This document shows positions 1 to 9,026 of a DNA stretch of 41,892 nucleotides, piece after piece. Positions within the stretch are counted from its first letter, which is position 1. Every line of letters begins with the position of its first letter. The DNA lies in NCBI GenBank assembly GCA_937975525.1, contig CALJUJ010000685.1, positions 1-41,892 of the forward strand, read 5' to 3'. A program made the position numbers and the translations under genes. Below the pieces are notes generated by a model. That model saw only the letters and a list, made by a program, of their open reading frames with translations, did no database searches and was not told where the DNA came from. The DNA is from an uncultured bacterium. GTDB lineage: Bacteria > Desulfobacterota > Binatia > HRBIN30.

Positions 1-411
1 GATCTCGCGGCGGTGCTCAACACACACAGCGCCGAGCATCTGTCCGACACGCCCGACTTCGTGCTGGCGAGTTACCTCAACGTCTGCCTGCTGGCCTTCA
101 GCCGGGCGGTGGGCGCTCGCGATCGGTGGCTCGGGCGCAACCCGTTCCCGATGCAGGATGAGAACACCGAAGAGCAGGCACCGGATCACGAGTTCGAACC
201 GTCGCGCGTCGAGGCAATGCAGCGGGAACTCGGGGCACTCGCCGGGCACCTGCATCGGCAGCGCAACGTGTTGGACGAGATGGTACGGATCCTCATCGTC
301 AGCATCGAGAACCGGGTCAGCGCACAGCCCGGCGAGATCGTGGCGCGGCTGAAGAAGTTGCGTGAGCTACTGGCGCCGGACACCGAACCCATGACAACGA
401 AGGAGTCCTGA
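1..411 (+). CDS. hypothetical protein (5' end uncertain: GTG at 13 or beyond window edge)
   Basis: Frame 1 is open from the window edge; the track ORF is 13..411 with a GTG start. Third-position GC is high and the stop lies 2 nt before the next gene. No recognisable motif. A CTCGCGG heptamer sits at 4-10, just before GTG-13. Confidence 0.5.
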   Translation, partial: DLAAVLNTHSAEHLSDTPDFVLASYLNVCLLAFSRAVGARDRWLGRNPFPMQDENTEEQAPDHEFEPSRVEAMQRELGALAGHLHRQRNVLDEMVRILIVSIENRVSAQPGEIVARLKKLRELLAPDTEPMTTKES

Positions 412-412
412 C

Positions 413-1054
413 ATGGGATCCGGAGGTCAGCCGCTCGCTCGTGCGACCGTCGAATGGTTGAACCGGCTTGGGGACGCCGCGTGTGAGCGGCTGATCTTCG
501 ACCGCCTCGCCGAAGGCGTGACGACGCGGCAACTGGTCAAGGAACTGGAGTTGAAGCGCGAACTCGATGACGACGGCCCGGTCACGCGCTCGGGGCTGTA
601 CGTGTGGCGGGCCGAGACCGACGAGCGCCTGGCGGCGTGGCAGTTGGCGATCAAGTTGGGCGGGGAGGCGCATGCCGAGGCGTCGGGCGACATCCTCGAT
701 GAGATGAAGGACCGCCGCTTTATCACGAAGGAAGAAGTGAAGATCAGCGAGTTGCGGTCCAATCACCGGAAGTGGCTGGCGAGCGTCAGCGACCGCGAGC
801 GCTACGGCGAAGTGAAGCAGCAGGGCGCGGGCGTCGTGCTCAACGTCGAACATCTGCATCTCACGGCGGCGCGGTCGGTGGGCGCCGCGCTCGATGACCT
901 GTATGACAAGAAGCGGGCGCTCCCGGCGCCCACGGAGGAAGTCGAGGAGGCGGAGGTCATCGAGATCACCGCCCCTGTCGAGGAGCGCCCGCGCCGGGCT
1001 ACCTTGGACGACGTACTCGGGCCTCCCCCCTCCCTGGCCGATGTGCTGGAGTGA
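413..1054 (+). CDS. terS: putative terminase small subunit
   Basis: 213-aa ORF two genes upstream of terL. It has an N-terminal HTH-like stretch (TTRQLVKELEL). The central motif SELRSNHRKWLASVSDRERYGE resembles the K/R-W-x(6-8)-KYG motif of small terminases. The call rests on position and motif only. Confidence 0.55.
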   Translation: MGSGGQPLARATVEWLNRLGDAACERLIFDRLAEGVTTRQLVKELELKRELDDDGPVTRSGLYVWRAETDERLAAWQLAIKLGGEAHAEASGDILDEMKDRRFITKEEVKISELRSNHRKWLASVSDRERYGEVKQQGAGVVLNVEHLHLTAARSVGAALDDLYDKKRALPAPTEEVEEAEVIEITAPVEERPRRATLDDVLGPPPSLADVLE

Positions 1055-1344
1055 CCATGCGCAAGTCGGAACTGCTGGCGAAGGGCTTCATCAACGTCAC
1101 GTTCGATGACAGTTCACACACGAAGTTCGCCCCCGGCCAGGAGCAGGCGTTCTGGACGGCGATCGACTTGGACCTGGAGTGGGCAGTGGCGACCGACGTG
1201 TTCGGCTCGCTGCACCGGGTCCGGATGACGTTCGTCAACACGGTGACAGTCGTCACCCCGGAAGCGTACGCGGCCTGGGTTGAGGAATGCAGCGCCGACG
1301 AGGAGTACCGTCGGCTGACCGGCGACCTGGAGGACGACGCATGA
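1051..1344 (+). CDS. hypothetical protein
   Basis: 97-aa ORF with a GTGA overlap to the terS stop and an ATGA overlap to the next ORF. Acidic C-terminus. No known motif. Confidence 0.55.
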   Translation: MTMRKSELLAKGFINVTFDDSSHTKFAPGQEQAFWTAIDLDLEWAVATDVFGSLHRVRMTFVNTVTVVTPEAYAAWVEECSADEEYRRLTGDLEDDA

Positions 1345-1454
1345 CACGCCGGGAACTCGGGCACATCGCGTTCTTCGGGTTGCTGGCCCTCGCGGTGTAC
1401 GCGATCTGCGAGGGCATCTACGAACTCGGCGTGTTCGTCGGATCGCTGCGATGA
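1341..1454 (+). CDS. small hydrophobic protein (37 aa)
   Basis: Hand-translated as MTRRELGHIAFFGLLALAVYAICEGIYELGVFVGSLR (below the track cutoff). It exactly fills the gap between 1344 and 1451, with ATGA overlaps at both ends. One predicted TM helix. Confidence 0.4.
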   Translation: MTRRELGHIAFFGLLALAVYAICEGIYELGVFVGSLR

Positions 1455-2986
1455 CGCGCGAGCAACTGGAGGCCATGCACATCCGACTCATGCCGGGCCT
1501 CACGTTCGAGGACTACTGGCAGCGGGTGAAGGATCTCGATTGGGAGAACCCGCTGGTGCTGTGGCAGGTGAAGTACCGCTTCGACCCCCGCCGCTTCGTG
1601 CGCGAGGTCTTCGGTGTCGAGCCGGATCCGTGGCAGGCCAAGATCCTCGATGAAGTGGGCTTCGCCGAGCGCCAGCACGCGTGCCGCTCCGGACATGGCG
1701 TCGGCAAGACGGCGCTGGTCTCCTGGCTCAACATCTGGTTCATCTGCTGCTTCACCCCGGCGAAGGCGGTCGTGACTGCGCCGTCGGGCGGCACGATCGA
1801 GGACGGCATCGGCGCCGAGATCGCGCTGTGGATGGGACGCCTGCCCGAGCACGTCCAGGCGCTCTTCACGGTGCTGACCGATCGCGTCATGCTCAACGCG
1901 GACGTGAAGAACACCTGGATCTCGATGCGCACGGCGCGGCCCGAGAATCCACAGACCCTCGCGGGCATCCACGCGCCGCACGTCATGCTCACCGTGGACG
2001 AGGCGAGCGCCTTCCCCGACGCGACGTTCGAGTCGGCGTCCGGCTCGATGACTTCCGCCCACTCGATCATGCTGCTGATCGGGAACCCGACGAAGGGCGA
2101 CGGTTACTTCCACGACTGCTTCCACAAGGTCGCGCACCAGTGGTGCCTCACGCACATCTCGTGTGACGACTCGCCCCGCTCGGATCCGGCGTACAAGGAA
2201 GAGATCATCGCTCGCTACGGACGCGAGTCGAACCAGTATCGCGTGCGGTGGGAGGGCAACTTCCCGCTCGCGAACGACGATGCGGTCATTCCCCGGTGGG
2301 CGGTCGAGAACACGGTGGGGCGCGACGTGGCGCCGTTGTTCGTCGCGCCGATTTGGGGACTCGACGTGGCGCGGTCGCTCAACCGCGACTCGTCGTCGCT
2401 CGTGAAGCGGAAGGGCAACATCATCCTGCCGACGGACCCCCGGTGGCTCGGGCCGCAGTCACGGCACACGCCCGCGATGATGCGCTGGCAGTTCAATGAC
2501 ACCGCCCCGCTCATCGGCGCGGTGAAGCGCGAGTGGGACAACACGCCGGAGTCGCAGCGCCCGAGTGCGATCTGCGTGGACGGCATCGGCTTCGGTGCGA
2601 CGGTGGCCGATGTGCTCCGCAGCTACGGCCTCCCGGCCATCGCCGTGAACGTGTCCGAGCGCAATGCGACTGACGATGAATACTTCAACCTGAAGGCAGA
2701 GTTGTGGTTCCTGGCGCGGGACTGGTTCGTCGCGGCGACGGGTTCCATGCCGGACGATCCCCGGCTGGTCGAGGAGCTGTCCACGCCCGAATATTGGGAC
2801 ACCCCGGCCGGGCAGATCATCATCGAGGACAAGGAGGCGATCCGGAAGCGGAAGCAGTGGTCGCCCGACGGCGCGGACGCATTCGTGCTGACGTTCGCGG
2901 CCACGGCGGCGATCGCGGTGCCGGGGAATGCACGGGCGCTCCAGGCCAACCAACCCCTGCGCCGGAACGTGGGGGGTCTTGTGTAG
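1451..2986 (+). CDS. terL: terminase large subunit
   Basis: 511 aa. Walker A-like RSGHGVGKTALVSW and Walker B MLTVDEASAF. C-terminal RNase H-like nuclease part (WGLDVARS, ICVDGIGFG). Sits between the small terminase and the portal. Confidence 0.9.
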   Translation: MTREQLEAMHIRLMPGLTFEDYWQRVKDLDWENPLVLWQVKYRFDPRRFVREVFGVEPDPWQAKILDEVGFAERQHACRSGHGVGKTALVSWLNIWFICCFTPAKAVVTAPSGGTIEDGIGAEIALWMGRLPEHVQALFTVLTDRVMLNADVKNTWISMRTARPENPQTLAGIHAPHVMLTVDEASAFPDATFESASGSMTSAHSIMLLIGNPTKGDGYFHDCFHKVAHQWCLTHISCDDSPRSDPAYKEEIIARYGRESNQYRVRWEGNFPLANDDAVIPRWAVENTVGRDVAPLFVAPIWGLDVARSLNRDSSSLVKRKGNIILPTDPRWLGPQSRHTPAMMRWQFNDTAPLIGAVKREWDNTPESQRPSAICVDGIGFGATVADVLRSYGLPAIAVNVSERNATDDEYFNLKAELWFLARDWFVAATGSMPDDPRLVEELSTPEYWDTPAGQIIIEDKEAIRKRKQWSPDGADAFVLTFAATAAIAVPGNARALQANQPLRRNVGGLV

Positions 2987-3048
2987 GGCGGGCACCGGGT
3001 GTTATCCCTTGCGACACAAGCCCTTGGCTCTCGTCGCGGAGATAGCCC

Positions 3049-5442
3049 ATGTCCTCACCGGCTGACCGACTGGTCACGCCTGTCGTCAAGCGCGAGCTTC
3101 GGAGTGCGGAGATCCCACAGATGTTCGGGGGATCGGCACCCGAGGCTCGTCGTCCGTTGCGCCCCGTGAAGGGTGCTCGACAGGAGGCGATGGAGGAGGA
3201 CGAGGACGGTCTGCTGGCGGGGGATGACGCGGCGGTTGAAGAGCAGGAAATGGACATCGAGGACATCCAGGCGATCCTCACCGCCGAACTCGATGACGCG
3301 ATCGAATACATCGACGGCGACGTGGCCGACTTCCGGGCCAAGGCGCTTCGCTACTACAAGGGCGACATCTCCGATGACGTGCCCGACGAGGAAGGCCGGT
3401 CGAAGGCCGTCCAGCGGGTGCAGCACGATGTCGTCATGCAGGTGCTTCCGGCGCTCGTGAAGATCTTCATGAGCGCCGAACGCGTGCTGCGCTACATGCC
3501 GAACAAGGCCGACGCCGAGGAAGAGGCCGAGCAGCGCACCGCGATCGTGCACCACATCATGTTCGTGGAGAACGAGGGGTTCCTGGTGCTGTGGGAGGCG
3601 TTCAAGGACGCCCTCAACCTGCGCAGCGGGATCCTGACGTGGGGCATGGACGAGCGGCGCGAAGTCATGCGTGAGACGTACTACGGCCTCACGCAGCAAG
3701 CCCTCATGGAACTCCTCGATGACGAGGAAGTCACCGACAGTGCCGTCGCCCAGGACGGCGAAGTCGAGATCCCGATCGACCAGATCGACCAGATCGGGAT
3801 GACGGAGATGGGGCCGGGCGTGCCAGTGCCCAACGGGGACGCCCCCCAAGCACCGCCTGCGGCGCCGCCACTGACTGCACCGTCGGCCACCATCACCGTG
3901 CCCACCTACACGGTGAGCATCCGCCGCGAACGGGTGCGCAACCAGCCGGTCGTGTACGCCGTGCCCGGCGAAGAGTTCATCCGCTCCCGGTCAGCACGGA
4001 CCCTAGAGGACTCGCCGATCGTCGGGCGCCGTCGTCTCATGACGCGCAGTGATCTCGTCGCGATGGGGATCCCCGGCGACTGGATCGACCAGTACAGCGG
4101 CATGGAAGGCGAGATCGGCTTCTACGAGAACGCCGAGTTGAGCGAGCGCGAGCCGGACAAGGATCAGCGCGTCGCCGAGTACAACGAAGACCTGGCGCGG
4201 ACGCTCTACACCGAGAGCTACATCCGCATCGACCGGGACGGGGACGGCATCGCCGAGTTGCTGAAGATCCCGTCGGTGGGCTGGTCGCACATGATTTGGG
4301 AGGATGGGATCGAGGATGCGGTGGACATCCCGTTCGCCATCCTGTGTCCGAATCCCGAGCCGCACCAGTTCGAGGGCGAGGGGATCTGCGACGACACGAT
4401 GGACGCGCAGCGGATCATGTCGATGATCCTGCGTTCGACGCTCGACTCGCTCGCGCTGTCGATCCATCCGCGCACCGTCGCGAATCCGAACAAGGTCAAC
4501 ATCGCCGACGTGCTCAACACGGAGATCGGCGCCGTGATCCGCGCCGACGACGTGAACCAGGTCCGGCAGGATGTCACGCCGTTCGTCGGGCGCGACGGCC
4601 TGGTCATGCTCGATCACTGGCAGCAGATCGTCCAGAATCGCACGGGTGTTCTCGCACCGCCTGACCCCGAGAACTTGCAGTCCACGACGCGCAAGGCCGT
4701 CGATCTGTCCGAGCGGCAGGCGACGCAGCGCATCGAGTTGATCGCCCGCATCCTGGCCGAGACGGGGCTGAAGCGCCTCTTCCGGGGCATCCAGCGGATG
4801 CTCATGCGCTACCAGGATGTCGCGAAGATCGTCCGGCTGCGCGGCAAGTACGTCGAGGTTGACCCGCGTACGTGGAACAGCGAGATGGACGTGACGCTCG
4901 CGATCGGCCTCAACATGGGGACGATCGAGGAGCGGGCGGCGTTCCTCAAGGAAGTGCTGCTGGAGCAGAAGGCGCTCATCGAAACGCTCGGGATGGACAA
5001 CCCGCTGGTCGATCTGCCGCGCTACCGCAACGTGCTCGGCAAGCTGTGCGAACTCGCGGGCTACGCCGACACCGACCAGTTCTTCAAGGAACTGCCGCCG
5101 AACTGGCAACCGCCCCCGCCGCAGCCCCCGCCCGAGAGCGACCAGGTGCAGGCGGCGAAGATCCTCGCGGCGAGTACGGCCGAGACCGAGAAGCTTCGTG
5201 CCGAACTGGAGCGAGAGAAGATGGCGGTCGAGCGCATGAAGATCGCGGCTGACTTCAACGCGAAGATCGCTGTCGCCGAGATCAAGGAAGGCATCGACCG
5301 CGACAACGCGGCGCTGCATGCCGAAGTGCAGCAGATGATCGCGCGGCTGCGGGCGGACATCGAAGTCATGAAGACCGGGATCTCGGCCGGGATGAAGATG
5401 GGCGAGCAGGCGGCACAGCCCCCGGCTGGAGGCACCGCATGA
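3049..5442 (+). CDS. portal protein
   Basis: 797-aa ORF directly after terL with a GGAGA RBS. Size and position fit a portal. The long helical/coiled-coil C-terminal tail (AKILAASTAETEKLRAELEREKMAVERMKIAADFNAKIAVAEIKEG) recalls P22-type portals. No HMM run. Confidence 0.8.
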   Translation: MSSPADRLVTPVVKRELRSAEIPQMFGGSAPEARRPLRPVKGARQEAMEEDEDGLLAGDDAAVEEQEMDIEDIQAILTAELDDAIEYIDGDVADFRAKALRYYKGDISDDVPDEEGRSKAVQRVQHDVVMQVLPALVKIFMSAERVLRYMPNKADAEEEAEQRTAIVHHIMFVENEGFLVLWEAFKDALNLRSGILTWGMDERREVMRETYYGLTQQALMELLDDEEVTDSAVAQDGEVEIPIDQIDQIGMTEMGPGVPVPNGDAPQAPPAAPPLTAPSATITVPTYTVSIRRERVRNQPVVYAVPGEEFIRSRSARTLEDSPIVGRRRLMTRSDLVAMGIPGDWIDQYSGMEGEIGFYENAELSEREPDKDQRVAEYNEDLARTLYTESYIRIDRDGDGIAELLKIPSVGWSHMIWEDGIEDAVDIPFAILCPNPEPHQFEGEGICDDTMDAQRIMSMILRSTLDSLALSIHPRTVANPNKVNIADVLNTEIGAVIRADDVNQVRQDVTPFVGRDGLVMLDHWQQIVQNRTGVLAPPDPENLQSTTRKAVDLSERQATQRIELIARILAETGLKRLFRGIQRMLMRYQDVAKIVRLRGKYVEVDPRTWNSEMDVTLAIGLNMGTIEERAAFLKEVLLEQKALIETLGMDNPLVDLPRYRNVLGKLCELAGYADTDQFFKELPPNWQPPPPQPPPESDQVQAAKILAASTAETEKLRAELEREKMAVERMKIAADFNAKIAVAEIKEGIDRDNAALHAEVQQMIARLRADIEVMKTGISAGMKMGEQAAQPPAGGTA

Positions 5443-5756
5443 GGATGTGGGAACGGATCAAGCATCTGCTGCGTGATCGCACGCGCAAGGAACAGCGGGA
5501 TCTCGCCCTCAAGGCCGAGATGTGGCTGGAAGACGACGCGCTCGACACGGCGATTGCGAAGCTGCGGATGGACATCTATGACCAGTGGCGCCAGTCCCGT
5601 GACCCCGAGACGCGGGAGCGGGCCTGGCTCATGAACTGGACAGTCGATGCGTTCATGGGTTATCTGTCGGGCATCGTCGCCAACGAACGGATCGAACAGG
5701 AGAATGAACGGCGGGCGGATGCCCGCACAGCGCAGGGCCAACCCGAACCTGAATGA
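5439..5756 (+). CDS. hypothetical protein
   Basis: 105-aa ORF with ATGA overlaps to both portal and scaffold genes. Helical and charged. Confidence 0.6.
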   Translation: MRMWERIKHLLRDRTRKEQRDLALKAEMWLEDDALDTAIAKLRMDIYDQWRQSRDPETRERAWLMNWTVDAFMGYLSGIVANERIEQENERRADARTAQGQPEPE

Positions 5757-6991
5757 GAGGCAGTACGATGGCGAAGGAATCCACGACCCCGGATGCCGGG
5801 AATGGATCAGCGCCCGAACGACCCGGCAGTTCGGCGGATCGCTTGGCGGCTGTGATCGGTGACATCGTTGACGTGGACGCGGGGAAGACCCCGCCCGACC
5901 GTGGCGAGCGGAACCGGACGCGGCACCAGGAGCGCAAGGCTCGCGAAGCCGAGCGTGAGATCGCCGACTCGGCGAAGTCCCGTGCGGAGCAGCGTCGGCT
6001 TGCGATGAAGGCAGCGGAGCGCGACGACGGCGACGACGAGGATGAGGACGACGAGGATGACGACTCCTTCCTGCTCGATGAGCGTGACGAGGAGGAAGAG
6101 GGCGACGAGGACGACGAGCGGCTGTCCGACGACGAGGACGAGGACGACGAGGACGCCGACGATGATGCGGAAGCGGATGAGGAAGAGGATGGAGACCGAG
6201 CCGGTAAGCAGACGCCCTCGAAGCAGGCTGCACAGCCGACGCCGGATTCGCTGCACGAAGTGACCCTTCCGGGTGGCGAGAAGGCGAAGGTGACGTACCA
6301 GGAGCTTCAGCGGGGCTACTCTCGCGAGCAGGACTACACGGTCAAGACGCAGCAGTTGGCAGGCGTGCGTGACCAGTACAAGGGTCTGATCGACCAGTTG
6401 GTCGGCTTCCTCGACTCGGCGGGTGCCGAAGAGGAGCCGGATTGGGCCAAGATCGCCGAAGAGGATCCGATCGGCGTCGCGAACATGCGGCTGGAGTTCC
6501 AGGCGCGGCAGCAGAAGCGCAAGGAGCAGTTGGCCGCAGCGAAGGATGAGCAGGAACGCCTTCGCGCCGAAGACGAAGAGAAGCTGTTGGCGAACTGGTC
6601 GCAGCACATCGCGGCCGAGAAGGCGAAGCTGCCCGAACTCATCCCGCAGTGGTCGGATGAGAAGATCGCCAAGGCCGAGATCGCGATCATCAAGCGGCGG
6701 TTGGCAGAGGACTACGGCTTCACGGAGGAGGAGATCAAGCGGCTGTCGGATGCCCGCGCGATTGCCCTCATCCGCAAGGCGGTCCTCTACGACCAGATCA
6801 AGCGCAGTGGCAAGAACAAGATGAAGCCCATGCGTGTGCGGCCGAACCGTACGCTGCGGCCGGGCGCCCGATCGACGCGAGTCACGGGTGATCGGCGGAA
6901 CCGGAAGATCGAGCGGGCGCGAGATCGCCTGCGACGCACCGGCTCCGACAAGGCAGCGGAGGAGTTCTTCGGCGAGGCGCTGGGCGACTAG
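5753..6991 (+). CDS. putative scaffolding protein with polyacidic tract
   Basis: 412-aa ORF between portal and capsid. Highly charged and coiled-coil prone. Carries a roughly 70-residue run that is almost entirely D/E (ERDDGDDEDEDDEDDD...DEEEDGD). An alternative ATG is at 5768. Confidence 0.6.
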   Translation: MRGSTMAKESTTPDAGNGSAPERPGSSADRLAAVIGDIVDVDAGKTPPDRGERNRTRHQERKAREAEREIADSAKSRAEQRRLAMKAAERDDGDDEDEDDEDDDSFLLDERDEEEEGDEDDERLSDDEDEDDEDADDDAEADEEEDGDRAGKQTPSKQAAQPTPDSLHEVTLPGGEKAKVTYQELQRGYSREQDYTVKTQQLAGVRDQYKGLIDQLVGFLDSAGAEEEPDWAKIAEEDPIGVANMRLEFQARQQKRKEQLAAAKDEQERLRAEDEEKLLANWSQHIAAEKAKLPELIPQWSDEKIAKAEIAIIKRRLAEDYGFTEEEIKRLSDARAIALIRKAVLYDQIKRSGKNKMKPMRVRPNRTLRPGARSTRVTGDRRNRKIERARDRLRRTGSDKAAEEFFGEALGD

Positions 6992-7020
6992 CTCAACGAC
7001 CTTCTCGCGGAGATCGCCCA

Positions 7021-7989
7021 ATGGCGAAGATTGCAAACACCGTGCAGACCTACGACCGAAAGGGTCTGCGCGAGGAACTGGCGGATCGGATCTACGACAT
7101 CTCCCCGACGAAGACCCCGTTCATGTCGAACGCGGGTCGCGTCGGGGCCGAGTCCACCTTCCCCGAGTGGCAGGTGGATGAACTGGAGGCCGTGGACCCG
7201 GCCAACGCCCACGTCGAGGGCAACGACTTCACGTCGTTCGATTCGATCGGGGCCACGGTGCGTCTCGGGAACCGGACGCAGATCTCGGCCAAGACCATCA
7301 TCGTCTCGCGCACGACCGAACGTGTGCGCAAGGCGGGTCGCAAGTCCGAGATGGGCTACCAGACCGTCCGGCGCACCAAGGCGCTGAAGCGTGACATCGA
7401 GACCATCGCGCTCGCGAACCAGGCGTCCAGCGCGGGCAACGGCACCACCGCCCGCTACACCGGCTCCTTCCCGGCGTTCCTCAAGACGAACGTCAGCAAG
7501 GCCGGTGACGGCACCAACCCGTCCTACACGACCGAGCCGAACGCGACGTACAGCGACGGCACGCCTCGGAACTTCGCCGAGTCGCAGGTCAAGACGGTCA
7601 TGCAGTTGTGCTACGACAACGGTGGGGAGCCGACGACCGTCATGGTCGGGTCGGCGAACAAGATCAACTTCTCGTCCTTCGCCGGTATCGCCGAGATCCG
7701 CAAGGCCGTCGATGGTGACGGTGCTGCGACGATCATCGGCGCCGCCGACATCTACGTGAGCGACTTCGGGCGGCTGGCGATCGTCCCGAACCGCTTCATG
7801 CGGGCGAAGGAGGCGATCTTCGTGGACTTCGACTACGTGAAGCTGGCCTTCCTCGATGACTTCGACATCGAGGATCTGGCGAAGACCGGCGACGCGAAGA
7901 AGAAGCTCATCATCTGCGAGTGGACCGTGAAGTGCCTCAACGAGAAGGCCCACGGGATCATCCGCGACCTCACCACGACGATCAACTAA
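7021..7989 (+). CDS. major capsid protein (HK97 fold, SU10/DUF5309-like family)
   Basis: The N-terminus TYDRKGLREELADRIYDISPTKTPFMSNAGRVGAESTFPEWQVDEL and the C-terminus LAKTGDAKKKLIICEWTVKCLNEKAHGII match the remembered signature of the DUF5309/SU10 capsid family. GGAGA RBS. A hairpin lies immediately downstream. Confidence 0.9.
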   Translation: MAKIANTVQTYDRKGLREELADRIYDISPTKTPFMSNAGRVGAESTFPEWQVDELEAVDPANAHVEGNDFTSFDSIGATVRLGNRTQISAKTIIVSRTTERVRKAGRKSEMGYQTVRRTKALKRDIETIALANQASSAGNGTTARYTGSFPAFLKTNVSKAGDGTNPSYTTEPNATYSDGTPRNFAESQVKTVMQLCYDNGGEPTTVMVGSANKINFSSFAGIAEIRKAVDGDGAATIIGAADIYVSDFGRLAIVPNRFMRAKEAIFVDFDYVKLAFLDDFDIEDLAKTGDAKKKLIICEWTVKCLNEKAHGIIRDLTTTIN

Positions 7990-8009
7990 CCGATCGTCGG
8001 CATCCTGGC

Positions 8010-8035
8010 GGACGGGCGTCTCGCGGCGCCCGTTC
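8010..8035 (+). terminator. stem-loop after capsid gene (attenuator/partial terminator candidate)
   Basis: 9-bp stem 8010-8018/8027-8035 (one G-U pair) with the 8-nt loop TCTCGCGG. No U-tract follows. The next gene's RBS AGGAGGG follows. Confidence 0.35.
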
Positions 8036-8050
8036 CGCACAGGAGGGCAC

Positions 8051-8377
8051 ATGCTTGACCGGCGTCTCCTCGAACACGACCCGCTCACGGGCGAGACCGA
8101 GTATTACTGCTACGATGACGTGGAAGACACGTTCTCGATCGAGACGGTCGTGGACGTGGAACCACTCATCGAACTCAACAAGGCGCAGTTCAACGCGCAG
8201 GAGAAGCACACGCGGTGGGGCGACGGCGCCCGCGTGGCCTCCATCCCGTTGAGCATCTACTTCGAACTCAAGCGCAAGGGCATCCTCGATGACCCCGCCG
8301 AGATGACGAAGTGGCTCAACGACCCCGACAACCGCGTGTTCCGGACCCGTCCGGGGCGTGTGGTGGTGAAGAACTGA
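8051..8377 (+). CDS. hypothetical virion-module protein
   Basis: 108-aa ORF with an AGGAGGG RBS, in the head module. No known motif. Confidence 0.65.
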   Translation: MLDRRLLEHDPLTGETEYYCYDDVEDTFSIETVVDVEPLIELNKAQFNAQEKHTRWGDGARVASIPLSIYFELKRKGILDDPAEMTKWLNDPDNRVFRTRPGRVVVKN

Positions 8378-8378
8378 C

Positions 8379-9017
8379 ATGGCGACCCTCACGTCGTACG
8401 CGGAACTCGTCACGCAAGTCAACGCGTGGTGCCATCGCTCGGACATGAGCGCCCAGGTGCCCGTGTTCCTGCTGACGGTGGAAGAGACGTTGAACGACAT
8501 CTTGCGAGTCCGCGAGATGATCGTGCGCGACGTGATCGTGGCGCCGAGCGCGGACGAGGCATACGAGCAGTTGCCGACCGACTTCCTGGCGCTGCACTCG
8601 ATCCGCTTCAACACCGATCCGGTGGTGAACCCGACGCCTGCGACGGCGCATTTCATCGAGGAGTTGCGGAAGCGGTTCATGCACGCGGGCGGGACACCCC
8701 GGCACTACTGCATCGTCAACAACCAGATCTTGTTCGAGCGGATTCCGACGGGTTCGCCCGAACTGGAGATCAGCAGCTACGTCAAGATCCCGGCGTTGAA
8801 CGCGACCACGCAGACCTCGAACGGGATCTTGGAACGCTACCCGCTGCTGTACCTCTACGGGTGCCTGGCGGAAGCGCACACGTTCCTCGACTACGATGCC
8901 CGTCTCGCGTCGTTCGCAGGCAAGTTCGCCGCCGCGATCGACACGGCCAATGGAGCGACGAAGGATGCCGAGCAGTCGCCGGGTCCACTCATCGCGCGTC
9001 CGAAGCGCTGGTTCTAG
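8379..9017 (+). CDS. putative head-tail adaptor / head completion protein
   Basis: 212 aa. The N-terminus LTSYAELVTQVNAWCHRSDMSAQVPVFLLTVEETLNDILRVREM resembles N-termini of podovirus adaptor proteins. Position just after the capsid also fits. The function is inferred. Confidence 0.5.
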   Translation: MATLTSYAELVTQVNAWCHRSDMSAQVPVFLLTVEETLNDILRVREMIVRDVIVAPSADEAYEQLPTDFLALHSIRFNTDPVVNPTPATAHFIEELRKRFMHAGGTPRHYCIVNNQILFERIPTGSPELEISSYVKIPALNATTQTSNGILERYPLLYLYGCLAEAHTFLDYDARLASFAGKFAAAIDTANGATKDAEQSPGPLIARPKRWF

Positions 9018-9026
9018 GGGGCACCG

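Noticed and set aside
4003-7036. Long antisense or alternative-frame ORFs. Examples are 4003..5319(-), 5061..6233(-), 5807..7036(-), 17046..18278(+), 25242..27119(-), 26621..28144(-), 28537..29874(-) and 40165..41214(+).
   Set aside because: Their translations are Arg/Pro/Gly/His-rich and low in complexity, which is typical of non-coding frames in high-GC DNA. Each lies opposite or out of frame to an ORF with clear family motifs.
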